From Octopus vulgaris (Eukaryota), in the NCBI GenBank assembly GCA_951406725.2, contig OX597827.1, positions 26,908,001 to 26,972,000 of the forward strand: a stretch of DNA of 64,000 nucleotides, given 5' to 3'. Numbering within the stretch: position 1 is the stretch's first letter; the number at the start of each line of letters is the position of its first letter. The notes under the pieces are model-generated. The model was given only the letters and a program-made list of their open reading frames with translations, did no database searches and was not told the origin of the DNA. Position numbers and translations under genes: made by a program. This document shows, in pieces, positions 27,232 to 40,600 of the stretch.

Positions 27232-27564
27232 TCACCACCTCCGATATCTTCATATTATCCCTCTATGCTCACCCCACTTCCTTTCTATCCCCTTCTGTTA
27301 CATCACCCTCTCCATTTCCTATTTACCTTGCTAATCCTGCACCACGTGACCACAGCACCACCACCACTGCCGCCCCAAGAACCGTCCGTTCACCAGTTTC
27401 AGGGACACTGCCGTCTTCCTTCCCCTAACAACACCACTCGCGCTAGCTCCGAAGCTGCAATCACTGCTACCCCCTGGCCCCTTCAGACATCATCACCATC
27501 TTCACCATCAGCCACAACATATCAACACCACTAATACTACTACTACCACTACCCGGAATAACGA

Positions 27565-28210
27565 CCACCCGTGGTCGATCGACTTGCTAGACATAGCAGT
27601 CAAGTGTCCTTCCACTCACACCCTATTATCTTAGGGTTTGACAAAGTTGGATATCGGTTCGAGGATATGTGCAAATAGAAAAAAACTGGAATGGTCACGG
27701 CTAGAACGCTTTTGGTCATGGGTCTGCTTGATCAAGGCTTATTTAAAGTTGAACAATGATATCACCAACGAGGTTGATCGACCTGCTAAAACTAGCAACC
27801 AAATCTGCCTGGTTGATCGACCTGCTACAAATAGCAACCAAATCTCATCACATCTTGTAGTATGAAATAAGGAAAAGGAACGTCAGATTATGCAGTCTAC
27901 TGGAAAGAAAAAAAGATGGTAATGGTTGGAACGCCTTTCATCAAAGGCATGCCTATTAGGGATGGCCTAGGGCTAAATAACATCAACAACGTTGAAGGTA
28001 CCTCTACTGAGTTGCTCGACCTACTAAAAATAACAGCCAAAATTCCCTCTTATCTCATCCTACTGTATTATTAGGGAAAGGACGCGTTAGATAATGTATT
28101 CCTCGATGGGTTTAGTATGTCTACTAAAAAGAAGAAAAGAAAACGACGGAATGGTCATGCTAAGAATGTCTTTGATTATGGGCTGACCAAGGGCTAAGCA
28201 TCCACAACAA
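27565..28210 (+). repeat. Tandem copies of a ~200-bp dispersed repeat (family E, (AAC)n-tailed, SINE/LINE-3'-like)
   Basis: Recurrent TCGACCTGCTARAAATAGCARCCAAAT ... GATGGTCATGG..GGAAYG...GGGCTAAAYAAC. Further copies at ~29425-29822, ~41983-42520 and ~44995-45265, and inverted at ~4915-5130, 31340-31500, 40810-41000 and 63670-63750. Confidence 0.7.
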
Positions 28211-28255
28211 GCACTACCCTCACAACAGCACTAATGTTACTAACACAGAAACAGT

Positions 28256-28643
28256 ATCACCACCACCACCACCACCACTACTACCACCACCACTATTACC
28301 ACCACCACTACTACCAGCACCACCACCACCACAACTATCACTACCACCATCACTACAACCACCACCATCACCACCACAACCATCACCACCACAACAATCA
28401 CCACAACTACCACCACCACTACCACCACCATAACTACCACTACCACCACCACAACTACCACCACAACTACCACTACCACTACCACCACCATAACTATCAC
28501 CACCACCACTACCACCACCACAACTATCACCACCACCACCACCACCACTACCACCACCATAACTACCACCACAACTACCATCATCCCCACCACAACCGCC
28601 ACCACCACCACAACTACCACCTCCACCACAACCACCACCACCA
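28256..28643. repeat. Degenerate (CAC/TAC/AAC)n trinucleotide tract
   Basis: Directly visible; source of the poly-His/poly-Val ORFs. Confidence 0.9.
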
Positions 28644-28854
28644 CTTGGTGTTCACGGTACTACACAGCTCATACTACTTATACTACTACCTTTACTGTAG
28701 CTACAAACTCGCATGTAATAATCTTTACTGCAACGAAATATCGCTTCGACCGACCTCAAAACCCACAATCGCCATCCCCCCCATTCACCCCCAGGCCACC
28801 ACCACCACCACCACCCACAACGATACCTTTCATCTCCAGCTTTTATGTTCTGTC

Positions 28855-29043
28855 TTTCATTTGTTTCTGTGTATTAGGCCGCGGCCATGCTGGAGCACCG
28901 ATTTTGAAGAATTTTAGTCGAATGGAATCAAAATACTTTATTTCATTTTTTAAAAACCTGGTACTTATTCTATCAGTCGCTTTTTACCGAAATTCTAAGT
29001 TACAGGGACGTAAACACACCAACACCGGTTGTCAAATGGTGGT

Positions 29044-29077
<34 letters not shown>

Positions 29078-29423
29078 TACACATTTCATTGTTTTACTTG
29101 TTTCAGTCATTTGACTGCGGCCATGCTGGAGCACCACATTGAAAGGGTTTTAGTCGAACAAATTGACCCCAGAGCGGTATTTTTTTGGTGAACCGTTAAG
29201 TCACGGGGACATAAACACATCAAAACCGGTTGTCAAGCGGTGATGAGGTGATAAACACACACACACATAGATATATACATATGAAGGGCTTCTTTCAGTT
29301 TCCATCAACCAAATTCCATCTACAAGGCTTCATTCAGCCCAAGACACTTGCCCAAAGTGTCACACACTGGAACTGAACCCGGAACCATGTGGTTGGAAAA
29401 CAAGCTCCTTGCCACACAGCCAC
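28855..29423 (-). mobile_element. Two adjacent SINE family A copies (3' part plus near-complete copy)
   Basis: GCGGCCATGCTGGAGCACC occurs at ~28880 and ~29117; head at ~29420. Confidence 0.8.
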
Positions 29424-29849
29424 GATTCAACGATCTTCGAGAAATAGCAGCCGAATCTTCCTCGAATGATGTGCCATTGTCTTCGAGAAGAGCATACTGG
29501 ATAATGTGGTAGTATTACTAATTGTCTGCACAAGAAAATCTCGAGATGGTCATGGTTGAAAATGTCTTTCATTTTCGCTCTGTTCAGTCAAGGCTGACCT
29601 GGGCCTAAAACAACAAGCCGGCAGTTCATAGAGTCGTCCGATATACTGGAAATAGCAGCTAGATCGCCCTGTTTTCAAATACTACTAACATTGTCTGAGA
29701 AACGTAAATAACGTGTTCTTGGGTCCACTGCACATAGGAATATGATGGGATGGGCACGGTAGGAATTTTTTTCGTTATGAGTTGACTCGATCAGGCCTGA
29801 CCCGGGGCTAAATAACAACAACACCAACCAAAACTACTTTACAACAACA

Positions 29850-29921
29850 CCACCACCACCACCACCACCACCACCACTATCGCCACTACTACTGCTGCTG
29901 CAGCTGCTGCTGCTACTACTA

Positions 29922-29962
<41 letters not shown>

Positions 29963-29963
29963 A

Positions 29964-30000
<37 letters not shown>

Positions 30001-30161
30001 AACTATTGCAACTACTACTATTACTACTATTACTACTGCTGCTGCTGCTGTTGCTACTATTGCTTCTACTACTACTACTACTACTACTACTACTGCTGCT
30101 GCTGCTACTATTGCTGCTGCTACCACTACTACTACTATTGCTGCTGCTGCCACTACTACTA

Positions 30162-30197
<36 letters not shown>

Positions 30198-30222
30198 TTG
30201 CTGCCGCCGCTGCTGCTGCTAC
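29850..30222. repeat. Compound (CAC)/(CTA)/(CTG)n tract
   Basis: Directly visible. Confidence 0.9.
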
Positions 30223-31741
30223 GCACCAAGACTACCTCATAAGATCACTCCACGCCATCACCATTTTCAGCCGCACAAACTATGTCCTATACTACCACCA
30301 TCACGTGACCATAACTACGAGAAACGGAACCACTTCCATCGTCACATCACCACCACCACCACCACCACCATTTGCGAGAACAACAGCAACAAAAAGAACA
30401 GCGACAGCAATAGCAAGAACAACAACATAAATGGCAGCAACACCGTCGAACGCAAAACCCCATTCAATGTCACCACCACCACTACTACTACTACTACCAC
30501 CACCACCACCTCTACTACCACCACCATTCACAACACCGACTATTACATGCTACCACCACCACCACCAGCACCATCATCACCACCACCACTACTACAACCA
30601 CCTCTACTACCACCACCAGTCACAACACCGACACTTACACACTACCACCACCACACCATTTCCCTGTAATAACAACAATAATAATAACAACAATCATTTA
30701 GCCCTCTACCATCCATTCTCTCCCCCGCATACCATCTCTTCACATCAATGGCTGCCACGTCCAACCAAAGATGGCGGATTTCCCCGGGCGCGCCGGCTCA
30801 TATGAATGCCTGGAATGTAAGCTCCGTTATAAAGCGTAAAAGGGGTGACGGTGAGGTGGAAGCGGCGATGGTGGTGGTGGTGGTGGTGGTGGTGGTGATT
30901 ATCGTTGTGGTGATATTGATGGTTGTGGGTGTGGTGGCTGCTGTGGTAGCGCTACTGTTTGCAGTGGTGGTGGCTATGCTGCTGGTTGTAGTGGTGCTTG
31001 CACTCGTAGCGGCGGTGGCGGTGGTGGTGGTTGTTAAAAACATGGTGCTGGTTATAGCGCTGGTGGTAGCATTGGTGGTGGTGTTTGCAGTGGTAACAGT
31101 TGAGATTGTGGTATAGGTACTGCTGGAGCTGTGTTATCAGCAACGCTGGCATTACTGATAGTGGTACAGGAGGTAGTGGTTGTGGTGCCGGTGGTTTTGG
31201 ACTGTTATAGTAGTTGTCATAGCTACGTTGCAACATTATAATGTCTTACAATGGTAGTGTTCTGGTGGTAGTCTTCGTGGTGGTTTTATTAAAATGTTAC
31301 TGTCGTGGCGCTAGTAGCTATGGGTGTCTGTCCTCATTTTATAACTGATCAAGCATAGCTCTGATCACAGTTGTTCCATCTGTGACCGTCCCGTCTTTTG
31401 GTTTCTCCAAGATGTCCTTCGCCATTTTAAAGACCGAAGGATCTCTTTGAAGTGGGATTTGGCTTATATTTCTTGCAAATCGATTGGCCACGAAGACGTT
31501 ACTTTGTCAAGCAGCAGCAGCAACAGCAGCAGTAGTGGTAGTAGTAGTAGTAGTAGTAGTAGTAGCAGTAGTCATAGTGGTAGTGGTAGTTGTAGTTGTA
31601 ATGATGGTAGAGGCGGTAGTGAAGATGATAGTGTTGGAGGTAGTGGTGATGGTGGTGGTGGTGGTGGTGGTAATGGTAGCAGTGGAAGTTTGTGGTGATG
31701 GTGTTAGTGTTAGAAGTGGTGCTACAGGAACGATAACAGTT

Positions 31742-32315
31742 TCAAATTTTGCTAAAAGGACAGCAATTTGGGGGGAAGGGATGAGCCGATTCTATCGACC
31801 CCAGTGTTCAACTGATACTTATTTCATCGACCCCGAAAGGATGAAAGGCAAAGTCGACCTCGGCGGAATTTGAACTCAGAACGTAAAGACAGACGAAATA
31901 CCTATTTCTTTACTACCCACAAGGGGCTAAACAGAGAGGACAAACAAGTACAGACAAACGGATTAAGTCGATTACATCGACCCCAGTGCGGAACTGGTAC
32001 TTATTTAATCGACCCCGAAAGGATGAAAGCCAAAGTCGACCTCGGCGTAATTTGAACTGAGAACGTAACGGCAGACGAAATACCTATTTCTTTACTACCC
32101 ACAAGGGGCTAAACACAGAGAGGACAAACAATGACAGACAAACGGACTAAGTCGATTATATCGACCCCAGTGCGTAACTGGTACTTATTTAATCGACCCC
32201 GAAAGGATGAAAGGCAAAGTCGACTTTGGCGGAATTTGAAATCAGAACGTAGCGGCAGACGAAATACCGCTAAGCATTTTGCCCGGCGTGCTAACGATTC
32301 TGCCAGCTCGCCGCC
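31742..32315 (-). mobile_element. SINE family B, trimeric composite (~183-bp period)
   Basis: AAAGTCGAC with GTCGAC at 31853, 32035 and 32219; single head CCAGCTCGCCGCC at ~32303-32315. Confidence 0.9.
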
Positions 32316-32326
32316 TTTCCAGCCTA

Positions 32327-32382
<56 letters not shown>

Positions 32383-32877
32383 TAATTGTAGTGATGGCTA
32401 TAATCGTACTGGTGCTGCGATTTATGTAGGTGACGTGCATTATGAAGGCGGTGATGTTGGCGATCAGAATGAGCGATGGTGGAGACGGTAGTAGTAGTCA
32501 TGGTGGTGTTGGTGGTGTTGACATTGGTTATTGACAATTGAGGTGACAACGGTGCATGATGGTGGTAGTGGTATTGGTGATGGTGGTTAATGCGGTAGGA
32601 TTGACAATGGCAGTGGCGGCACATTAGGGGCAGCAGCAGCAGCCGCAGTAAATGTGCCGCCATAGTGGGGGAGAGTACAACGTCATCGAATATATTGCTC
32701 CTGGCGACTTTGATGTACTTGAGAATGCTGTATCTTCGAGAGAGAGCAATGGCGGCCTAAACAGACGCATAGAAGAAAGAGGGAGCGTGCGTGAGAGAGA
32801 AGAGTGGGTGGGAAAGTTAGTCTGGAATTTAAAGGGTTTAATGGGAACATACAGACAGATAGGGATGTGTATATATG

Positions 32878-32916
<39 letters not shown>

Positions 32917-33048
32917 ACAGCGAGAGAGAGAGAGAAAAAGACTAGCAGATAGACGAAGAGTTCGATGTATATAGAGATGGACAGATAGACGAAAACGCAG
33001 CAATATAGACAGAGCGACAAGCGAGTGCAGAATAGAGAGACATGGGCG

Positions 33049-33110
<62 letters not shown>

Positions 33111-34453
33111 CAGAGAGAGAGAGACAAATGGACAGACAGGTTGATAGATAGATAGATAGAAAATCCGGAATTATGGAAACTAGAGAGTGGCAATTGTGAT
33201 ATTGGTGTTGGCAATGACAGTGGCAGCAGAAATGGTAGTGGTGGGAAGGGCCGGGCCTATTCTGTCAATGACAGAAGGAGGGGTATAGTTTTGGGGTGGG
33301 GGTGTTATATCGGTGGTGGTAGGGGACGTGGTGGTAGTGGGGGGGTGTAAAAAGTTAGGGGTTGTTGATGTTGGTGGTAATGGTGGTGTTAGTGTGACAG
33401 TGATAATGGGAGCGGTGGCAGTAGAGGTGCGAGGGCAGTAGTAGCAGTACTAATAATGACAGTGTTGCCGGTGGTGTGTGTCAGTGGTGGTAGCGGCGGT
33501 AGTGGCAGTGGTTGATTTGGGGGGAGGTGAGGTGGTGGTGGTGGTGGTGGTGGAGGAAATGATGAGCTACTCTTAATGAAAAAGGACAGCAATAACGCGA
33601 ATAATGGCGGGAGCGGTGGTGCGGGGTAGGAGGAGGAGGAAGAGAAGAGGGGGCGTTAATGGTGGAAGTTGAAGAAGTGAAAGGTGGGTGCGGTGGGGGT
33701 TAGAGACAAGACAACAAAGACAAGAGTGAGATAAAAGACATAATACAGTGCTGTGAATGGTGGTGGTGGTGGTTGTGGCATTGTTGTTTTTGTTCTTGTT
33801 GTTGGTTTGGTTGTTCGTTTTGGTGTTGCTGATGTTGGTGATGATGATGATGGCTGTGCGCGTTGGAGTGAGCGAGTTTTATAGTTTTAAATAAAAGGTA
33901 TGATGATGACGAGGAAGCAAGGATGCGAATGATGATGGCAGCGGCGTCGGCGATGATGACGATGATGATGTTGATGATGATGGCGGTGATGACAGAGTTC
34001 CTGCGAGCTTAAGATTAACAAAAAAATATATAACATGAAATCCATGAGACAATTGTGTGCGTATAATGGAGGGAGACATACTTACGTATGTATTTTGGGG
34101 GTATATTATCCTTACGTGTATGTAGGATTATAATGTATATATGTGCGTATATATTTATAAAGAGTTATCAACAAATAAACGCAAACACACATACATATAC
34201 ACACACATATATATATATACATGTACGCGCGCGCGCATACATATATATATACATGTACGCGCGCGCGCATACAGAGGGAGACAAACAGACGGATGGTTGC
34301 AGTAAGGAGAAAGTATGAATAAGAAATGCGTGTATGGAAACGGTAAGAATGAAGAAATCAGAATAGGAGATGGAGGGGGGCGAGTAAAATGGCGGAACAC
34401 AAACCCCTAGAGCGATGTAGGGAGTGGGTTGAGTCAGTGGGGTTTTTGTAGCG

Positions 34454-34522
<69 letters not shown>

Positions 34523-34609
34523 ACATAGATAGCTAGATACATAGATAGATAGATAGATAGATAGATGATAGATAAACTAACAGACAGACAGGTAGATAGA
34601 TAGATAGAT

Positions 34610-34641
<32 letters not shown>

Positions 34642-35532
34642 GCAGAAAGATGGTAGGTAGGTAGGTAGGTAGATAGATAGACAGACAAACAGACAGACAG
34701 AAAAACAGGTAGATAAGTAGATAGATAGACAGACAGATATAGAAAGAAATATTAGATCTAATTTATTATTTACAAGTGGGCATATTAATATTATTGATAC
34801 AATATCCTTTCGTGTGGGTGAGTATGTGTGTGATTCTGCGTGAGTGTGTGTGTGTATTTGTATGTGTGTTTGTATGCGTATTTGTGTGTGTAGGGGTGTG
34901 CACTCCAGAGGTCAGATCTGTCGTTCATCCTTCTCCAGTAAAACAAGAAACTTCTGAAATACTAAGATTTTGTCCAACTGAATCCCCATCCCATCTTAAG
35001 ACATCATGACCTCAGGGGGAATTTGACCGGATGCCTCATAGTTCTAGGGCCGAGTCATAATCTATGTGTACTGTATCTTGCAGTCCACAAATAAATAGTC
35101 TGGGCCCCGTGCATAGATTTGTCCGGAGGCCTATAATGCTATTAAGACGGTCCTGCTGGACTTTTCCCATAACGACTATATATGGCATACACATGCGCAC
35201 ACACTTACTCCGACATATACGCGCGTGCACGTGTGTATGTGAATGCAATACACGCTTCCAGATATATTGGATTCGAGGTTTCAAACGACGTTCAATTCCT
35301 ATATTCGTAATTATATTATCCACACACACACACACACACACACATACACACACACACACACTCATACACACACACCTGACGATAAACACTAACAAACGAT
35401 AGCCCTGAACCAGAGTTTCGTGCAAATAAAAGCTCCAAACTCCTCAGACTAACGGTAATCAACTTTCACTACACTACCTCACTTTATACATATAGTTACA
35501 TGCTCTTAGTTTTGTGTAAATATGAAGGAAGG

Positions 35533-35850
35533 AACACTCCGTCGGTTACGACGACGAGGGTCCCAGCTGATACGATCAACGGAACGGCCTGCACGTGAAA
35601 TTAACGTGACAGTGGCTGAGCACTCCACGAACACGTGTACCCTTAATGTAGTTCTCAGGGAGATTTAGCGTGAGACAAAGTGTGACAAGGCTGGCCCTTT
35701 GAAATACAGGTACTACTCATGTTTGCCAGCTGAGTGGACTGGAGCAACGGGAAATAAGGTGTCGTGCTCAAGAACAAAATGCGTCGCCGGGAATTGAACT
35801 TATGGCTTTACGATCGTGAGCCGAATGCTCTAACCACTATGCCACGCGCC
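35533..35850 (-). mobile_element. tRNA-derived SINE family D
   Basis: Minus strand GGCGCGTGGCATAGTGGTTAGAG ... AGTTCAATTCCCGG; 3' end CCCTCGTCGTCGTAACCGACGGAGTG. Second copy at 54941-55225. Confidence 0.8.
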
Positions 35851-35897
35851 TTCATAAATACGCGCATGCGCAAACATGCATAAGCGAGTAAAACTTG

Positions 35898-35928
<31 letters not shown>

Positions 35929-36768
35929 ATATTTTCAGTTTCTGAATGACTCAAGAGAAGAGCACTGCCTACGTGGGTGTACAAGTTTATTGCTATTTAC
36001 TTAAACTAAATTCGGTCCTCGCAAACAGTTTCACGCCACTCCAAGCATTTATTCAGGAGACTTTTTCAGTATTACAAGCTGTTTTTCACATACACTCAAA
36101 CCGATTCCGTTTTCTCTGTTTAGCTTTCATTTTCATTGACTTGTTGCTAAATCTTATTCTGTCAGGATAGTGTTTTCTAAATATTTTTATGTGTTGCTTT
36201 TTCATTAGCCAATTCATAGACTATCTTGTTCATTTCTTTAGCGTATCCGGTTTCTCTCAAATGTCATTCGTACCCATTGGTTAATGTGTTGCCTATTATT
36301 ACTATTTTTTTTATCCTGGTCCATTTCTTTATCATAGAATTAATTTTAATAAAAAATAAAGCAAAATTTTAAAGAGTTGTTTGTTGATCGAGCTGCAGAT
36401 TCAGTCACGGACACGTAGCACTCGGAATAACGTCGTCCATCACAACAATATATTTGAATGCGAAATAAATGTTACGATAGAAACAAACTCCGTTTCATTA
36501 AGTTCGTCTGTAGACATCGGTAGTAACTGTTTGGAGGGAATTCCTGATTTTCATAACAATTGTTTTGTTACCGTACAAAATTTATCCTTATATCCGCTAT
36601 CTGTAAATTGCTATTTACTTATAATGCCTAATTTGGTAAATCAAACTGTTTTTCGCTGATCGATTCTCTTCTCTCCAGTTACCTTAAATTCTTATTCAGT
36701 TGGTAAGGGGGAAGAAGGTCTGTGTTACGGTGTATCCTTCGCCTTCACCAATAATGCTAATATTTTAA

Positions 36769-37290
36769 GGCGGCGAGCTGGCAGAAATGTTAGCACGCAG
36801 GGCGAAATGCTTTTTTCGTCTGCCGTTACGTTGTGAGTTCAAATTCCGCCGAAGTCGACTTTGCTTTTCATCCTTTCGGGGTCGATAAATTAAGTACCAG
36901 TTACGCACTGGGGTTGATATAATCGACTTAATCCGTTTGTCTGTCCTTGTTTGTCCCCTCTGTGTTTAGCTCCTTGTGGTTAGTAAAGAAATAGGTATTT
37001 CGTTTGCCGTGACGTTTTGAGTTCAAATTCTGCCGAGGTCGACTTTGCCTTTCATCCTTTCAGGGTTGATTAAATAAGTATCAGTTACGCACTGGGGTCG
37101 ATCTAATCTGCTTAATCCGTTTGTCTGTCCTTGTTTGTCCCTTCTATGTTTAGCCCCTTGTGGACAATTATTATTAAATATTTTCATCCTTTCGGGATCG
37201 ATAAAATAAGTACCAGTTGCGTACTGGGGTCGATCTAATCGACTGGCCCCGTCCCAAAAGATTTCGGGCCTTTTGCCTAGAGTAGAAAAG
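36769..37290 (+). mobile_element. SINE family B, multimeric composite with possible TSD
   Basis: One head and three TTTCATCCTTTC bodies; AATAATGCTAA at 36750-36760 and 37291-37301. Confidence 0.88.
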
Positions 37291-37704
37291 AATAATGCTA
37301 AACTATGTTTGCAGTTCAGACTAGTATTTTGAAATACATTTATTCTGATGTCTGCAACAAGATAACACCTCCTGCAGTCTGTTTCACATTTATATTCGTT
37401 GCATAAACAACTTTCTGCAGTACACACGCACACACACATACATGGTTACTTACATACATACACACACAGAGGCACACATGTAAACAAACATATATACACA
37501 CACATACATATATTTACCTATTAATCTATGCAGATATCTATGTGTTTGTATATTTCTTTATCAATGCTACTGGTCCTATGTGTGTGGCGGGGGGGGGGGG
37601 GTGTACACGTACGCATTATAACTATAAACTGAAGAGACAGTGCAATCACGCAGTTAGCAAGAGACTAACTCGACCAAATAATTAAAAAGACGGCAGCGAT
37701 TCTT

Positions 37705-37732
37705 GACGTTTCAGACGCTCGTTCTTCATCAG
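37705..37732 (-). ncRNA. Minimal hammerhead ribozyme-like motif
   Basis: Minus strand CTGATGA-AGAACGAGCGTCT-GAAA-CGTC: intact boxes, ACGT palindromic stem III and a GUC site; stem I is weak. Confidence 0.55.
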
Positions 37733-38411
37733 ATCTAAAGTGAAGGAGGAGAATATGAGACAAAAGTAGTTGGAGGAAAACAATTGGTTCTATTGATCTT
37801 AATTTTATGTGACTTTGTTGTTGCTTAGTTCTAGACACTATACATTGAGTAGGCCAATAATAAAGATATTCCACTCGTGACCATCTCATCATTTTCCACT
37901 GCGCAGTGAACATTGGATTACACTGTTCCATATGACCTTACGCGAGACAGTGGAATGTGTGTTTTGAAGTAGATGTAGCAGTTATTTCCAGCAGGTCGAG
38001 CAAACACATATAGGCACTATTATAAACAGGGGCTGGTAGAGTATTTGATAGCTATGTGGTGTTGTGGTAGAAATGCTATTCCAGCCATGACAAACACTTT
38101 TATTTTTAACAGAAATCTTGTTCTGAAGAGTCCAATGTATTTTCTCTTTAAGATAATAAAGTGTAATTTCAGAGGTATATGACAGTGATGTCTAGCAATT
38201 CGTGCAGCTGCATAGAGGTCTGCTAATGGCTCGCGTGTTTCACATGTTTCGGCATGGCTGGCTTCACAAGATGTCCGCCAGTCATTGTTTTCTTATAGCC
38301 TCGTTTTCGCTTTTACTGTTTTGGTCTATTTTATTCTTCTCACATTTTTAAAGCAAGCCTTTTTATACACATGTTCTAATAATCACAAACACACACACAC
38401 AAATAAACAAA

Positions 38412-38487
<76 letters not shown>

Positions 38488-40073
38488 CTTGCATATACGC
38501 ACTTACACGTATATATACACACATATACAAACAAAACATTCCCAAGTAATGTAGCCATTAACATTCGACCCTTCAGAACACATGCGCAGACACACAAACA
38601 TATATAGACACACTGAGATAATATCTGTGTACATATATACATATACACACGCACACATATATGTTTATGAATACAAACACGCAGACACACATAATTATCT
38701 TGAACTATAAAGAACATCTCTACAGACATTAATAGAGCATGGAATCTAAAGCAAGGTCACACACACACACTCATACACACACACACACGCATGCACGTAC
38801 GCACACACATACAGACACGCACGGACACACACCTAATGGGCCAACGCAACGCACACACACACATACACAAATACACACACACACACACGTACCATAATAT
38901 ATGCAGACACACAGCAGACTCACACACACACACAACCAAGGACAAACACAAACACAAATATATACACACACATACATACACACATACACATATGCACGGA
39001 CACACACACCTAATGGGTCAATGCAACGCACTCACAAAATCTCTCTCTCACACACACACACATGTACCACAACATATGCAGACATATGCCTGCAGACACG
39101 CGGCAGACTCACACACATACACAACCAAAGACATATATACACACACATTTAAATACACATACGAGTTCTCCACCCACCCCTCGCCCAGCCGGCTCTTCCG
39201 TCCCTCGTTCTCTCCCTTGTCTCATGTTCTGCATCACACATTTAACAATGTGTAAAACCTTTACAGCTCAGAACAAACAAGAGGAGATAACCCCTGCTCG
39301 CTCCCCCCATTCTCCTCCTGCTGGCTACAAAAACTTGCTCATTAACGAGCCCTTGTCTGTCGGGTGGTGGTTGGGGAAAATGGCGGCCGATGCCGAAAAT
39401 AGAATGGGGTGCAGGAAGAGGAGAGATTGAAACAATGGTAGTCAATGGTGGTGGTAGTGGTAACGGTGTAGGTAGTAGTTTAGTGGTGGTTGTTACAATT
39501 TGGGTGGGGGTGCTGTTTTTGTTGTTATTTTTAAGAACCTCTTCCCGCGTCATTCTCTAAGTCGGTTCTAAGTTCAAATGTATTCCAACCGTGACCATCT
39601 CGTCTTCTCTCTCTCTTTCTACCTATCTATCTATATATATATATATACATGTGTGTGTGTGTATGTATGTATGTATGTATGTATGTATGTATCTATGTAT
39701 GTATATATGTATGTGTGTTTGTGTGTGTGTGTATGTGTGTATCGGCAATACTTCGATATTGGTATACGACATAATTCATCCACACAGTCTTCTCTCATGA
39801 CAGAGAGAAAAGAAGAGGGTGAATGACGTCTCCTCACACCGATTCTCTTTAGATCAATACCGAAGGATTGCCACTGTGTGTGTGTGTGTATGTATGTGTA
39901 GGAAACTTTCAACCAAATTACCCAACATGAACTTCTCCAAGACAATATGAGGAGCATCTAACTGCTATTTCTTGTACATCAAAATGACCACATAGAATCG
40001 GTCACGAGTGATAGTGATGATGTAGAGGCGGCCATGGTATTAGAATGGAAATGGCAAGAGCAGCAACTGTCTT

Positions 40074-40122
<49 letters not shown>

Positions 40123-40565
40123 AGGTGGTGGTGGAGGTGGGGGGTCCTTTTTGAATTTGCTTCAGAAAATCACTATCATTAATTCATTATTGAAAATTTC
40201 GGCAACGGATCTACGACCGGGTGGGGGTGGGAGTAGAGGAGGTTGGGAGTCGAAGGAGGAAGTTTGTTGTTGTCTCCCTTGAGACGGAGGGGAGCGTGAG
40301 GCGGGGGTTGGTGGGAGAACTGTTTGATGATCCATGGGTGTAGATGAGACTGGTCATGTGTGAGGATGTACGTGTTTGTGTGTGTGTGTGTGTGTTGTTT
40401 GTGCGTGAGTATCGATGTGTGCGAGGAGGAGTATGTATCTGCCTCTGTGTGTGTGTGTGTGTATGCGTGGGTTTATGTGTCTGTTAACGCAAACATAATG
40501 CATGTATATGTGTTTGTGTGTATGTTTGTGTAGATATGAGTGCATGTGTGTACAGATATGCAATA

Positions 40566-40600
<35 letters not shown>

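Noticed and set aside
28234-28917. His-rich 227-aa ORF resembling cephalopod histidine-rich proteins
   Set aside because: Pure (CAC/TAC/AAC)n tract with no signal peptide, Gly/Ala repeats or splice signals; runs into a SINE.
30811-30832. TGGAATGTAA resembling the miR-1 5' end
   Set aside because: Only 10 nt match and no precursor hairpin is visible.
31742-32315. Regularly spaced repeats suggestive of a CRISPR array
   Set aside because: The units are ~183-bp near-identical SINE modules with no unique spacers; eukaryotic context and no cas genes.
33290-33365. G-run cluster with quadruplex potential
   Set aside because: Expected by chance in a degenerate (GGT)n region.
35780-35850. tRNA-like sequences (also the heads at 2686, 13737 and 57260-57329)
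   Set aside because: A/B boxes are present but I could not build a full cloverleaf; each continues into a SINE body.
36381-36659. 92-aa ORF in unique sequence
   Set aside because: Non-ATG start, no motifs or splice signals, and no adjoining open frames.
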